Both the position numbers and the translations under genes were made by a program. From an uncultured Devosia sp. (GTDB lineage: Bacteria; Pseudomonadota; Alphaproteobacteria; Rhizobiales; Devosiaceae), in assembly GCA_964428685.1 (NCBI GenBank), contig CAYRZM010000318.1:1-59085 (forward strand): a stretch of 59,085 nucleotides of DNA, in the 5' to 3' direction. This document shows, one piece after another, positions 1 to 8,331 of this stretch. The notes below the pieces were generated by a model that was given only the letters and a program-made list of their open reading frames with translations, had not been told where the DNA came from and searched no databases. Each line of letters starts with the position of its first letter. Position 1 is the first letter of the stretch.

Positions 1-569
1 TTCAGCCGCTCGAAGCCGAGCTTTTCGAGGACGCGGAGCGAGGCTTCGTTCTCGGCAAGGGCGCGGGCGATGATGCGATCGAAGCGGTGCGTGGCCTGGG
101 CGGCGTCGATCAGCGCCCGCGCGGCTTCGGTCATCAGGCCCTGGCCCCAAAAAGGCTCGCCGAGCCAATAGCCGAGCTCGGGCGGCTCGCCCTCGTGGAA
201 CGAGAATCCAACCACGCCGATCAGATGGTTGTCGCGGGTGACGGCGTAGGGCCGCTGATCGGCGCGCTGGGCGAAGAGCTCGACAAAGCCCACCGCATCG
301 GCCCGCGTGTAGGGGCTCGGGAAGTTGGCGAGCCGATGGGCGATGGACGGATTGTCGGCCAGCCGGACGAGGTCGGGCACGTCGCCGCGGATCGGGGCGC
401 GCAGCACCAGCCGGCGCGTCTCGATCTTGCCGGGCAGCATGTCGCGCTCGCGGCGCACCGTGAGCCGGTGGGTGGCGTCGGCCAGCTCGCGCAAGGCGCG
501 GTCGGTGCCGCCCGGCACATAGACCGGCCGCGCGGCCGCGACCGGAACGGGGTTCTTGAGCTTCTTCAT
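1..569 (-). CDS. GNAT N-acetyltransferase, RimJ/RimL family (runs off the window edge)
   Basis: Manual translation from ATG 569: MKKLKNPVP...IETRRLVLRAP...ELGYWLGEPFWGQGLMTEAA...NEASLRVLEKLGF; start overlaps the upstream stop (ATGA). Confidence 0.85.
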   Translation of the reverse strand, partial: MKKLKNPVPVAAARPVYVPGGTDRALRELADATHRLTVRRERDMLPGKIETRRLVLRAPIRGDVPDLVRLADNPSIAHRLANFPSPYTRADAVGFVELFAQRADQRPYAVTRDNHLIGVVGFSFHEGEPPELGYWLGEPFWGQGLMTEAARALIDAAQATHRFDRIIARALAENEASLRVLEKLGFERL

Positions 570-1213
570 GACGCCAGCCTCTCGACATTGCCCACCTGCA
601 CAATGACTTCGCCATCGGAGAGGGCACGGTAGCGGGCTTTCCTCGCCCGCATATAGGACACCACTTTCTCGGCCGCGGCCGCCTCGGGGTGGCGCGACTG
701 GTAATGCGGAACGATAGCAAACGGGGTGAGCCTGAGGCCGTGCCAGATCAGCGGCTCGTCGTAACCCGCGGGCAGCTCCCAGGGATCGTCCATCAGCTCC
801 ATGCCGCGCAGCGTCGGGCCGGCGACGATGGCGCCCGCGGCATAGCCGCCATAGACGAGGCGATCGGACTCGAGCAGGTCGCGGATGACCCCGTCGAAGC
901 CCGAGGCGTGCATCGCCCGGCGGAGCACGAAGCTGTTGCCGCCCATGACCCAGACGAGATCGACCGCTTCGAGCCGCCGGCGGAGGCTCGTGGGATCGCG
1001 GAAATGGGCGCGGAGGTCGAGCTCGTCCGGATTGAGGCCGAGCGACTTGAACTCGGCGATCGGGTCATAGACCTCGGCGCGATAGAGGTCGCGCGCCATG
1101 GCCGAGCAATAGTCGTAGCCGTTGGCGATCACCGCAACGCGGTTGCCCCCGAGCATGGCCAGCAAGGCTCCGGCGCGTTCGCCCAGCCGTTCCGACGAAA
1201 GATACAACCGCAT
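566..1213 (-). CDS. Peptidase E (S51)/class I glutamine amidotransferase-like protein; nucleophile position reads Ala
   Basis: MRLYLSS...VWVMGGNSFVL...YGGYAAGA...IVPHY motifs. Confidence 0.8.
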   Translation of the reverse strand: MRLYLSSERLGERAGALLAMLGGNRVAVIANGYDYCSAMARDLYRAEVYDPIAEFKSLGLNPDELDLRAHFRDPTSLRRRLEAVDLVWVMGGNSFVLRRAMHASGFDGVIRDLLESDRLVYGGYAAGAIVAGPTLRGMELMDDPWELPAGYDEPLIWHGLRLTPFAIVPHYQSRHPEAAAAEKVVSYMRARKARYRALSDGEVIVQVGNVERLAS

Positions 1214-1329
1214 TTTCACTGCCCTCAAAGCGAAAAGGGGAACCGGAAACCGGCTCCCCTTGGAACTTTGCCTGGCGGTGATCGCCGTGCCGGGGAGCGT
1301 GTCACCGGCAGGGATTTTGTCCTACCGGT

Positions 1330-1599
1330 TTAGTCGTTGGCGGCCATGTTCGGGAGTACCGAAACGATGGATCGCTGGCTGGCTCGGGTTTTGAAGGAGA
1401 CGGTGCCGTCGACGGTGGCAAAGATCGTGTGGTCGACGCCCATTCCGACACCCGAGCCGGGATGCCATTTGGTGCCGCGTTGACGAATGATGATGTTGCC
1501 GGCGAGCACGGCTTCGCCGCCGAACTTCTTGACGCCGAGGCGCCGGCCCGCGGTGTCGCGGCCGTTGCGGGAGGATCCGCCTGCTTTCTTGTGTGCCAT
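1330..1599 (-). CDS. rpmA: 50S ribosomal protein L27
   Basis: [15 protein letters not shown]...[11 protein letters not shown]...[10 protein letters not shown]. Confidence 0.99.
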   Translation of the reverse strand: MAHKKAGGSSRNGRDTAGRRLGVKKFGGEAVLAGNIIIRQRGTKWHPGSGVGMGVDHTIFATVDGTVSFKTRASQRSIVSVLPNMAAND

Positions 1600-1611
1600 C
1601 GGTCGGGCTCC

Positions 1612-2277
1612 TTATTCCTTGTCGGCCTTGGGCGCGGCCTTCTTCTTGGCCGCAGGCTTCTTTTCGGCGGCGGGCTTTTCAGCCTTGGCCTTGGTGGTCT
1701 TTTCGGCGGCGGGCTTTTCGGCCTTCGCCTTTTTGGCCGGCTTGGCTTCCGCGTCGGCGGTCTTTTCCGCCTTCTTGGCCGGGGCCTTGGCCTTCACGGG
1801 CTTGGGCGCATCTTCGGCCGGCGCCGCTTCCGGCGCCGGCTTGGCGACGGCGGCCTTGCGGGCTTTCGGCGCGGGCGCTTCGACCGCGGTTTCGGTCATC
1901 GGCGCCATCGCCGCCGCGCGGGCGCGGAGCTTTTCGTCGGCGGTCAGCGTCGTCTTGGCGCCGCCGAGCAGGATCTCGCCGATGCGGACCATCGACAGCT
2001 GCTGGCGATGGCCGTTGCGGGTGTCGTGGTGCTGCCGGCGCTCCTTCTTGCGGATGATCACGGTGCGCGATTTCTTCGTGCCGACGAAATGGGCGGCCAC
2101 GGTTGCGCCACCCACGAGGGGAGCGCCGACGGTCACGGCGTCGCCGTTGCCCACCATGAGCACCTGATCGAACAGCACGACGTCGCCCGGCTGGGCGGCA
2201 AGCTTTTCGACCTTGAGCAGGTCGTTGGCGGCGACCTTGTACTGCTTGCCGCCGGTCTTGATCACAGCAAAATTCAT
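1612..2277 (-). CDS. rplU: 50S ribosomal protein L21 with Ala/Lys/Pro-rich C-terminal tail
   Basis: [13 protein letters not shown]...GHRQ; directly upstream of rpmA. Confidence 0.97.
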   Translation of the reverse strand: MNFAVIKTGGKQYKVAANDLLKVEKLAAQPGDVVLFDQVLMVGNGDAVTVGAPLVGGATVAAHFVGTKKSRTVIIRKKERRQHHDTRNGHRQQLSMVRIGEILLGGAKTTLTADEKLRARAAAMAPMTETAVEAPAPKARKAAVAKPAPEAAPAEDAPKPVKAKAPAKKAEKTADAEAKPAKKAKAEKPAAEKTTKAKAEKPAAEKKPAAKKKAAPKADKE

Positions 2278-2483
2278 CACGTTACCGGCACATCGGCCGG
2301 TCCTTCTGGTCGCGCCCTGCGGCGGAGGCCGTGGCCCCGCTTGCTGCCGGACGGAGCCGGCGCCTCGAGCTGCGGATTTTACGACAAAACCAAAACACGC
2401 CCCGGTTTCCCGGCGCGTGTCGTTCGCCGGCCTTATCCGCGAAAACGGCCCGCAGAGTCAAGGCAAAAGCCGGGCAAATCGGC

Positions 2484-3221
2484 TCAGCTGTACCAGTCGC
2501 GGAGGCGGACTTCGGCGGTGGTGCCGACGAGGGCCGCGAACTTTTGAGGGTCGGTGCCCTTGTAGTGGTAGGGGTAGACGATCCTGGGGCCGAAGGCCTT
2601 GACCGCCGCGGCCGCCTGTTCGGGGGTCATGGTGTAGGGCTGGTTCATCGGCAGGAAGGCGACGTCGATGCCGGTGAGGGCGGCCATTTCCGGGATGTTT
2701 TCGGTGTCGCCGGCGACGTAGACCTTCCTGTCGCCAAACGTCAGCACGTAGCCGTTGCCGACGCCCTTGGGGTGGTATTGCAGCTTGTCGGGCGAGATGT
2801 TGTAGGCGGGCACGGCGCTCACCGGGATGCCGTCGATGGTGCCGGTGTCGCCGTTGTTCATCACTGTGGCCTGGGCCTTGAGCGCGGCGGGCAGCTTGCC
2901 CATTACCTCGGCGGTGACGACGATCGGCGCCTTGCCGGCGATCTTGAGCAGGTTGTCGGGATCGAAATGGTCGCCGTGGGCGTGGGTGACGAGGATGCCG
3001 GTCGGCGGCTTCTGCCCGCTGAAATCGACCTTGGCGGGATCGATGTAGAGCACGTGGCTGCCCTGGCTCAGGATCAGCGTTGCGTGGTTGAGCGGCTGGA
3101 TCACGAGGTCGCCGGCGGCGGTCGGGATGGTGTCGGGCGCCGGAACGGCCAGGGCGCGGGTTGCGGCGGCGGCAATCGGCAGGGCGGCAAGTCCCATGAG
3201 CACGAAGCGGCGTGAAGGCAT
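2484..3221 (-). CDS. MBL-fold metallo-hydrolase with probable Tat signal
   Basis: THAHGDHFD, YVAGDT, YPYHY motifs; MPSRRFVL start preceded by GGAG. Confidence 0.9.
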   Translation of the reverse strand: MPSRRFVLMGLAALPIAAAATRALAVPAPDTIPTAAGDLVIQPLNHATLILSQGSHVLYIDPAKVDFSGQKPPTGILVTHAHGDHFDPDNLLKIAGKAPIVVTAEVMGKLPAALKAQATVMNNGDTGTIDGIPVSAVPAYNISPDKLQYHPKGVGNGYVLTFGDRKVYVAGDTENIPEMAALTGIDVAFLPMNQPYTMTPEQAAAAVKAFGPRIVYPYHYKGTDPQKFAALVGTTAEVRLRDWYS

Positions 3222-3293
3222 TCCTGTCTCCCTTGCGGTGGCCAAGACGGCGTTTGGTCTACACCGGCCGGGCGGAGATTCATCCCGCACGTT

Positions 3294-3743
3294 TCAGTGA
3301 GGGCGGACGGCGATCAGCCTCTGACGGATGTCCGCGGCGCCCGCCTGATCGGAAACCAGCACCCGCGGCTTGTGGTTCCGCTGCCAGGCCTCGAGCGTCC
3401 AGCCTTGTGCATCCGCCGGTATGGCAATGGCGGGGAGATAGGCGAAGGCCTCGTGCAACTCGGCATCGAGCATCACCGGGATCAGCTCGCGGCGGTATTC
3501 CGCGCCCTCGAAGGCATCGAGCAGGTCGTGCTCGAACGTGGTGAGGTCGGTGAGGACGAGGCCGGGGGCCGACGCGCCGGGCGTGCGCAGCAGCGCGGGA
3601 TAGATCCGGCCGGGATAATGGACGGCCCGGAAGCCGGGCGCCGCCGCCGGCCGCATCGCCTCGCCCACCAGCGGACGCGCAAGAACGCCGCCGAGAAGGT
3701 CGGGATCGCGCAGGGTGCCGTAAACGAAGAGCGGATGGGCCAT
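3294..3743 (-). CDS. Gamma-glutamylcyclotransferase (AIG2-like) family protein
   Basis: LFVYGTL motif and LDAFEGAEYRR. Confidence 0.85.
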   Translation of the reverse strand: MAHPLFVYGTLRDPDLLGGVLARPLVGEAMRPAAAPGFRAVHYPGRIYPALLRTPGASAPGLVLTDLTTFEHDLLDAFEGAEYRRELIPVMLDAELHEAFAYLPAIAIPADAQGWTLEAWQRNHKPRVLVSDQAGAADIRQRLIAVRPH

Positions 3744-3870
3744 CGGATGCTCGGCCCCGGGCGGAGCGCCGCCTTGGGCGATGCGGCGCGGGCGGTTGCG
3801 GGGGCCCACCAATAATGCCATAAGCCGCGCCGTGTCGACCGGCCGCCACCAACGGCCCATGGCATCTCGC

Positions 3871-3960
3871 GGAGAGGTGGCAGAGTGGTCGAATGCACCG
3901 CACTCGAAATGCGGCGTGGGGGCAACTCCACCGGGGGTTCGAATCCCTCCCTCTCCGCCA
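3871..3960 (+). tRNA. tRNA-Ser(CGA)
   Basis: GGAGAGG acceptor stem, anticodon arm CCGCA-CT-CGA-AA-TGCGG, long variable arm, GTTCGAATC T-loop, encoded CCA; 90 nt. Confidence 0.97.
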
Positions 3961-4010
3961 AGAATCTCCATAATATGAGTTATTTCAACTACTTGTATAC
4001 GACTAAGTCG

Positions 4011-4033
4011 TGGACCAACCAATAGACCCATCA
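4011..4033 (+). repeat. Putative integrase arm-type site pair, matching 46763-46785
   Basis: TGGACCAACCAATAGACCCATCA vs TGAACCCACCGACAGACCCACCA, 18/23 identical, same orientation. Confidence 0.6.
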
Positions 4034-4053
4034 TCGCTCATTTGGCTTCCGGA

Positions 4054-4067
4054 CTCCCTCTCCGCCA
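4054..4067 (+). repeat. att core copy 2 (tRNA 3' end)
   Basis: CTCCCTCTCCGCCA identical to 3947-3960. Confidence 0.9.
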
Positions 4068-4095
4068 GTTCACTCGTTTCGTCCGCCCCGCAGCC

Positions 4096-4122
4096 GGTGC
4101 CACAGGGTGCCACGCGGTGCCA
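4096..4122 (+). repeat. Three GGTGCCA direct repeats at 10-bp period (possible RDF-binding sites)
   Basis: GGTGCCA at 4096, 4106, 4116 between att core and integrase. Confidence 0.55.
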
Positions 4123-4225
4123 ATGAACCCCGGAAGTCCGGGGCTGTTACATCTCTGCGCCCTCGGCCTCCGCCACGCGACCCGCAACAACCGCCCGTTT
4201 CGTCGGCCTCTGAGGCTGGCCGAAA

Positions 4226-4249
4226 TGGGTAGGTCCGAAGGTAGGTCCG
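4226..4249 (+). repeat. Arm-type site pair of element 1 (left)
   Basis: TGGGTAGGTCC-gaag-GTAGGTCCG; matches 16096-16119. Confidence 0.7.
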
Positions 4250-4281
4250 GCTGACTGGACTAGTGCCGGGGCTTCGACCAT

Positions 4282-5460
4282 GTGACCGTCATGGTTCGTC
4301 GCCCCCTCACCACCGGACAGGTCGAAGCCCTCAAGGACTTCGGGACCCATTGGGTCGCGCCGCCCGGACTCTATCTGCAGGTCAAGCCCAACGGCGCCCG
4401 CTCGTGGCTGTGGCGCTTCAAGAGCGGCGGACGGGACCACTGGCATGGACTCGGCGCGGCCCGCGACGTGGGGCTCAAGGAGGCCCGACACGCGGCCGAG
4501 GACCTGCGCACGGACATGCGGCGCGGGCGCGACCCCGTGGCCGAACGGCGGGCTGTGAAGGCGGCCACGGCGCCGCGAACCGTCCCGACCTTCCAGTGGT
4601 GCGCCGACCAGTTCATCGCCAGCCACGAAGCGGGCTGGAAGTCGGGCAAGCACCGCGACCAGTGGGAGTCGACTCTCAAGACGCACGCCGGGCCGGTCAT
4701 CGGCGAGATGGCCGTGGACCGCATCACGGTCAATGACGTCTTCCGCGTGCTGGACCCCATCTGGCGCAAGCTGCCCGAGACCGCTTCGCGGCTGCGCGGG
4801 CGCATCGAGTCCGTGCTGGGGTGGGCCGCCGCGAAGGGATACCGCGAAGGCGACAACCCTGCCCGCTGGAAGGGCGGGGCGCTCGAACACCTGCTGCCCG
4901 CCATCGGCCGCGTCCACAAGGTGAAGCCCCGCGAGTCGGTGCCCTACGCCGAGTGCCCCGCCGTGATGCGGGACCTCGCCAAGCTCGACAGCGTCAGCAG
5001 CCGGGCGCTGCGGTTCACGATGCTCACCGCCGTCCGCACCGCTGAGGCGATCGGCGCCCGATGGACAGAGTTCGATCTCGCCAACAAGACCTGGACCATC
5101 CCCGCCGAGCGGATGAAGGCCGGCGTGGAGCACACCGTTCCGCTGTCCGACGCGGCCATCGCGCTGCTGGGAGAGCCGGGCATCGGCTTCGTCTTCCCCG
5201 GCGCCCGATCGCGCAAGCCGCTCTCGAACATGGCTATGCTGATGTGTCTGCGCGGGCTGCGCGATGACGGTGCAACCGTGCACGGTTTCCGATCGTCGTT
5301 CCGCACATGGGCCGCCGAGTCCGGTCACCCGCGTGAGGTGGCCGAGATGTGCTTGGCGCACGCGGTCGGCAGCGAGGTCGAGCTGGCCTACCAGCGCTCG
5401 ACTTATCTGGACCAGCGCCGCGTCGTCATGGACGCGTGGGCGAAGCACCTCAGAGGGTAG
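4282..5460 (+). CDS. P4-like tyrosine integrase with arm-binding N-domain (integrase 1)
   Basis: GLYLQV...SWLWRF N-domain; catalytic R (TAVRTAE), K (RMK), HGFR, LAH, AYQR. Confidence 0.95.
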   Translation: MTVMVRRPLTTGQVEALKDFGTHWVAPPGLYLQVKPNGARSWLWRFKSGGRDHWHGLGAARDVGLKEARHAAEDLRTDMRRGRDPVAERRAVKAATAPRTVPTFQWCADQFIASHEAGWKSGKHRDQWESTLKTHAGPVIGEMAVDRITVNDVFRVLDPIWRKLPETASRLRGRIESVLGWAAAKGYREGDNPARWKGGALEHLLPAIGRVHKVKPRESVPYAECPAVMRDLAKLDSVSSRALRFTMLTAVRTAEAIGARWTEFDLANKTWTIPAERMKAGVEHTVPLSDAAIALLGEPGIGFVFPGARSRKPLSNMAMLMCLRGLRDDGATVHGFRSSFRTWAAESGHPREVAEMCLAHAVGSEVELAYQRSTYLDQRRVVMDAWAKHLRG

Positions 5461-5487
5461 TGGCGACCCTTGCAGCCAAGGAAGCAG

Positions 5488-6273
5488 TTAGGGCGCCGTC
5501 CGGTCTAGCTCTGCGAGCATCTCGCGACCGATCTCGTCCACGGTGTTGTAGTCGGCGATCAACTGCGCATGGAAGACCATCGGATTGCCTCCTTCAGTGA
5601 CGGCGTTGGTCATCCATGGTCGAAATATGCCGAGCGCGTCTCTCGCGGCGTCCGCCTCCCAGTAGCCATCGATGTTTCCTTGAGCAGCTGCGGCATTCGC
5701 CTGCGCGGACAAAGCGTTGTACTGGTCCAGCAATTCGGGAGTGATGATGTACGGCGGGATGTAGAGCGGAACGCGATGCGCCAGGGCGTCGCGGAACGTT
5801 GTGAGGTGCGCGAACCAATCCTCGCGGGTGTCTAGGTAGTCCCGGAAGCCCTGGGTGAAGGTCGACCGCACCGATGCGTTATGTGAGCGCAACCCGACAT
5901 GGTTCTTGTTGATCGGAGTCCCATCCGCGTTGTGGATGTTTCGCTCGTGTACCCACACCCAAGCAAGATTGTCGATGCACCCGCTCGTGTTGATGACGAA
6001 GGCCTGGATCGCCATCGTCGCCTCGGTGACCGTGTCGTGGCTAGGGATGTCTTCCTGCTGCTGGTCGGGCGGCAGCAGATCGTAGACCACATTGATGGCG
6101 CGCATGAGCATGGAGAGGCGCCTGCCGAAGCCGTGGTGGGCAAATTCGCGGGCCCGGACGTTCGCCCAAGGGCGTACAATATAGCGCTGGCGAAGATCGG
6201 AGAACCGACCACGCACCGCGACCAGCTCGGCGTGCATCTGTTGCAAGTGTTCGTCAGAGAAGTAGCAGACCAT
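5488..6273 (-). CDS. Putative HEPN-domain protein (Cthe_2314-like)
   Basis: Helical protein with IDNLAWVW and Rx4H motif FRDALAHR. Confidence 0.6.
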   Translation of the reverse strand: MVCYFSDEHLQQMHAELVAVRGRFSDLRQRYIVRPWANVRAREFAHHGFGRRLSMLMRAINVVYDLLPPDQQQEDIPSHDTVTEATMAIQAFVINTSGCIDNLAWVWVHERNIHNADGTPINKNHVGLRSHNASVRSTFTQGFRDYLDTREDWFAHLTTFRDALAHRVPLYIPPYIITPELLDQYNALSAQANAAAAQGNIDGYWEADAARDALGIFRPWMTNAVTEGGNPMVFHAQLIADYNTVDEIGREMLAELDRTAP

Positions 6274-6276
6274 GCC

Positions 6277-7332
6277 TCACCTCGCCGCCACAAGTTCGGC
6301 TGGCAGCGTCATCTCCTTCCACGGCCTACCGTGGCCCTTGATCCGCAACCTCGCCGGGTAGCGCGGGTCGAACTCAATTCGGAACGGAGCGCCCGCTCGA
6401 CCATCTGAACTCCATCGCGTGAGTGACAGCAGATTATCCGGTGCGAAGAACGTTCTCGCCTCGGCGACGGCGGCCCGGAGCTTCACCACCTCTTCGAGTG
6501 CTGAACGAGCAAGTCGGTCGGCCTGGAAAAGATAGGCGTCGACCTTGAGATCGTTGACGACGAACTCCAGCGCCTCGTCGGGACCCGCCGCCCGCACTGT
6601 CTCAAGCACCTGCGCCGTCGCCATCGCGAGACCCGATATCGTGAACCGTCGGAGGAGGAACTTCATACCCGCCACGGAGTGGGTCGCGACCACCGACGAC
6701 TCGATTCGAGTTGTGTCCTTGCCGTAAGAATCGACGGCGTTGATGGTCCGAGTCTGCTCGACCGTCAGCACACCGCTGGCGCCCTGCCGAGCGATGCCCT
6801 GACAGGCGCCCTTGGTGAGAGCGCCCCACAGGAACTGACGCTTACTGTCGATCACCATCGCGACCGCTTGGAGTGACTTTACCTCTTCGCGCAACGCGGA
6901 GATCTGTGGCAGCGTCTCTAGAAGGAAGTTCTGCGCGCCCTCGACTGCCTCGCGATGCTTGCGCGCTGCCGTCGCCGCGTTGGCCCGTTCGACGCCGAAG
7001 TGAGCCTTCGCGCACTCGTGGCCGATGGCGCGGAGCACCCCCTCTTCGGGGTACCAGGTGAGCTTGCCCTCGAAGTACTTGGGCGCGTTGGGCGAGCAGA
7101 TTGGGCACGTCGCCATACCCACCTCAGCGCGCTTGTTCTCGGGGATCTGGAAGGGCTTAAGTTCCACGAAGTCCTTGTCGCGAGGCGGCTGAGACTTCTC
7201 GTGGTAGCGCCACTGATCAGGGCGCCCTGTATCCCGCACCCAATCGAGGAACTCCTGCTCGATGTTCGGCGGCGGCCGGTTCGGGAATGGGCCGGCTGGC
7301 GTTGCATTCGTAGTCAGCGCAACTGCTGGCAT
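6277..7332 (-). CDS. Hypothetical protein with CxxC...GHEC putative Zn site and coiled-coil region
   Basis: ATCPICSP...AIGHECAK; AGGAG upstream; 3 nt from the next gene's start. Confidence 0.7.
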   Translation of the reverse strand: MPAVALTTNATPAGPFPNRPPPNIEQEFLDWVRDTGRPDQWRYHEKSQPPRDKDFVELKPFQIPENKRAEVGMATCPICSPNAPKYFEGKLTWYPEEGVLRAIGHECAKAHFGVERANAATAARKHREAVEGAQNFLLETLPQISALREEVKSLQAVAMVIDSKRQFLWGALTKGACQGIARQGASGVLTVEQTRTINAVDSYGKDTTRIESSVVATHSVAGMKFLLRRFTISGLAMATAQVLETVRAAGPDEALEFVVNDLKVDAYLFQADRLARSALEEVVKLRAAVAEARTFFAPDNLLSLTRWSSDGRAGAPFRIEFDPRYPARLRIKGHGRPWKEMTLPAELVAAR

Positions 7333-7599
7333 CAATGAATCTCCTACCCCTTATCTCCTCCTCCCTATGTCCATTTGGACTTGATTTGTTCTCTAGCACG
7401 ATTCGTTGATCAGCAATACGCGGCCGGTGGCAATAACCCCGTTCCACAGGGCGGATCGATGACAACGATATCGCCCATCAGCTTGCGCCGGCCCAGCAGT
7501 CCAGCCCTTCAATTTCCACCGCTCCGACTAAAGTGAGTCGATGATGCCCGCCGAGTAAGCGGTGGTCCGCCCAGCGCAATCACGCGCTGGAGCAACACT

Positions 7600-7809
7600 A
7601 TGCAGCTACTAGCCATCATCCACGATGAGGCCGGGCAACCGATCCGCCGCGCCGTCATCGACCAGGGGGCTCTGCCAATCACCGATCTGCAGGCCCAGCA
7701 TCTCGCGCAGGGGCTTGAGATCGTGGTGCTGCGAGGCGGTCAGCGGATTGACCTGCGCCGCGCAGACGTGCCCGCACAGCGCACCCGCCAAATCGGAGCG
7801 CGGCCATGA
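7600..7809 (+). CDS. Small hypothetical protein
   Basis: GGAG RBS; ATGA overlap with next gene. Confidence 0.5.
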   Translation: MQLLAIIHDEAGQPIRRAVIDQGALPITDLQAQHLAQGLEIVVLRGGQRIDLRRADVPAQRTRQIGARP

Positions 7810-8186
7810 CCATCGACCAGAAAGTGCGCGCACTGCTGCGCAAGACCGTAGCGGCCGGATGCACGCCGGGTGAGCAGGTCGCCGCGACCGAGTTGGCCCG
7901 CAAGCTGGTGGCCAAGCACCGGCTCAAGGACTCTGACTTCACATGGCCAGCGCATCCGCCCAAGAAGGCCGCCAAGGGGACCGCACGCGCCCCTGCCGTG
8001 TCGAAGCCTGGTAAGGACGCCACGCGCGCTGCCAAGGCGACCGCCAAGCCCCGCCGCGCCGACCAGGTGCTGGCCATGCTCAAGCGGAAGGAGGGCGTGT
8101 CCATCGCCGACCTGACGGAGGCCTTCAACGTACTGCCCCACTCGGCGCGGGCGATGATCAGTGTGTTCTCGCGGCGGTCGGTCTGA
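7806..8186 (+). CDS. DUF2786-like/DUF3489-like fusion protein
   Basis: KVRALLRK...TPGEQVAATELARKLVAKH; C-terminal QVLAMLKRKEGVSIADL...PHSARAMIS. Confidence 0.65.
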   Translation: MTIDQKVRALLRKTVAAGCTPGEQVAATELARKLVAKHRLKDSDFTWPAHPPKKAAKGTARAPAVSKPGKDATRAAKATAKPRRADQVLAMLKRKEGVSIADLTEAFNVLPHSARAMISVFSRRSV

Positions 8187-8243
8187 CCATCGAGCTGCGC
8201 GACGCCGCTACCGCGTGAAGCGCTGACATCGATAGCATCGGAG

Positions 8244-8278
8244 CCACGGCGCCCTCGGTCGGGCGCCGTGGGCGTTTT
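8244..8278 (+). terminator. Probable intrinsic terminator
   Basis: 11-bp stem CCACGGCGCCC/GGGCGCCGTGG followed by GCGTTTT. Confidence 0.65.
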
Positions 8279-8331
8279 CACACGCCGTGACCCGCTTGCA
8301 GTCTTCTGAAATCGAGACTAAGCGGCCGAGC

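Noticed and set aside
1429-2547. Long antisense ORFs (also 4147-5448, 14478-15698, 47326-49794, 50868-53549)
   Set aside because: Shadow frames of well-supported genes in high-GC DNA; no motifs
3744-4034. N-terminal extension of ORF 3294-4034
   Set aside because: Runs antisense through the tRNA; the domain starts at ATG 3743
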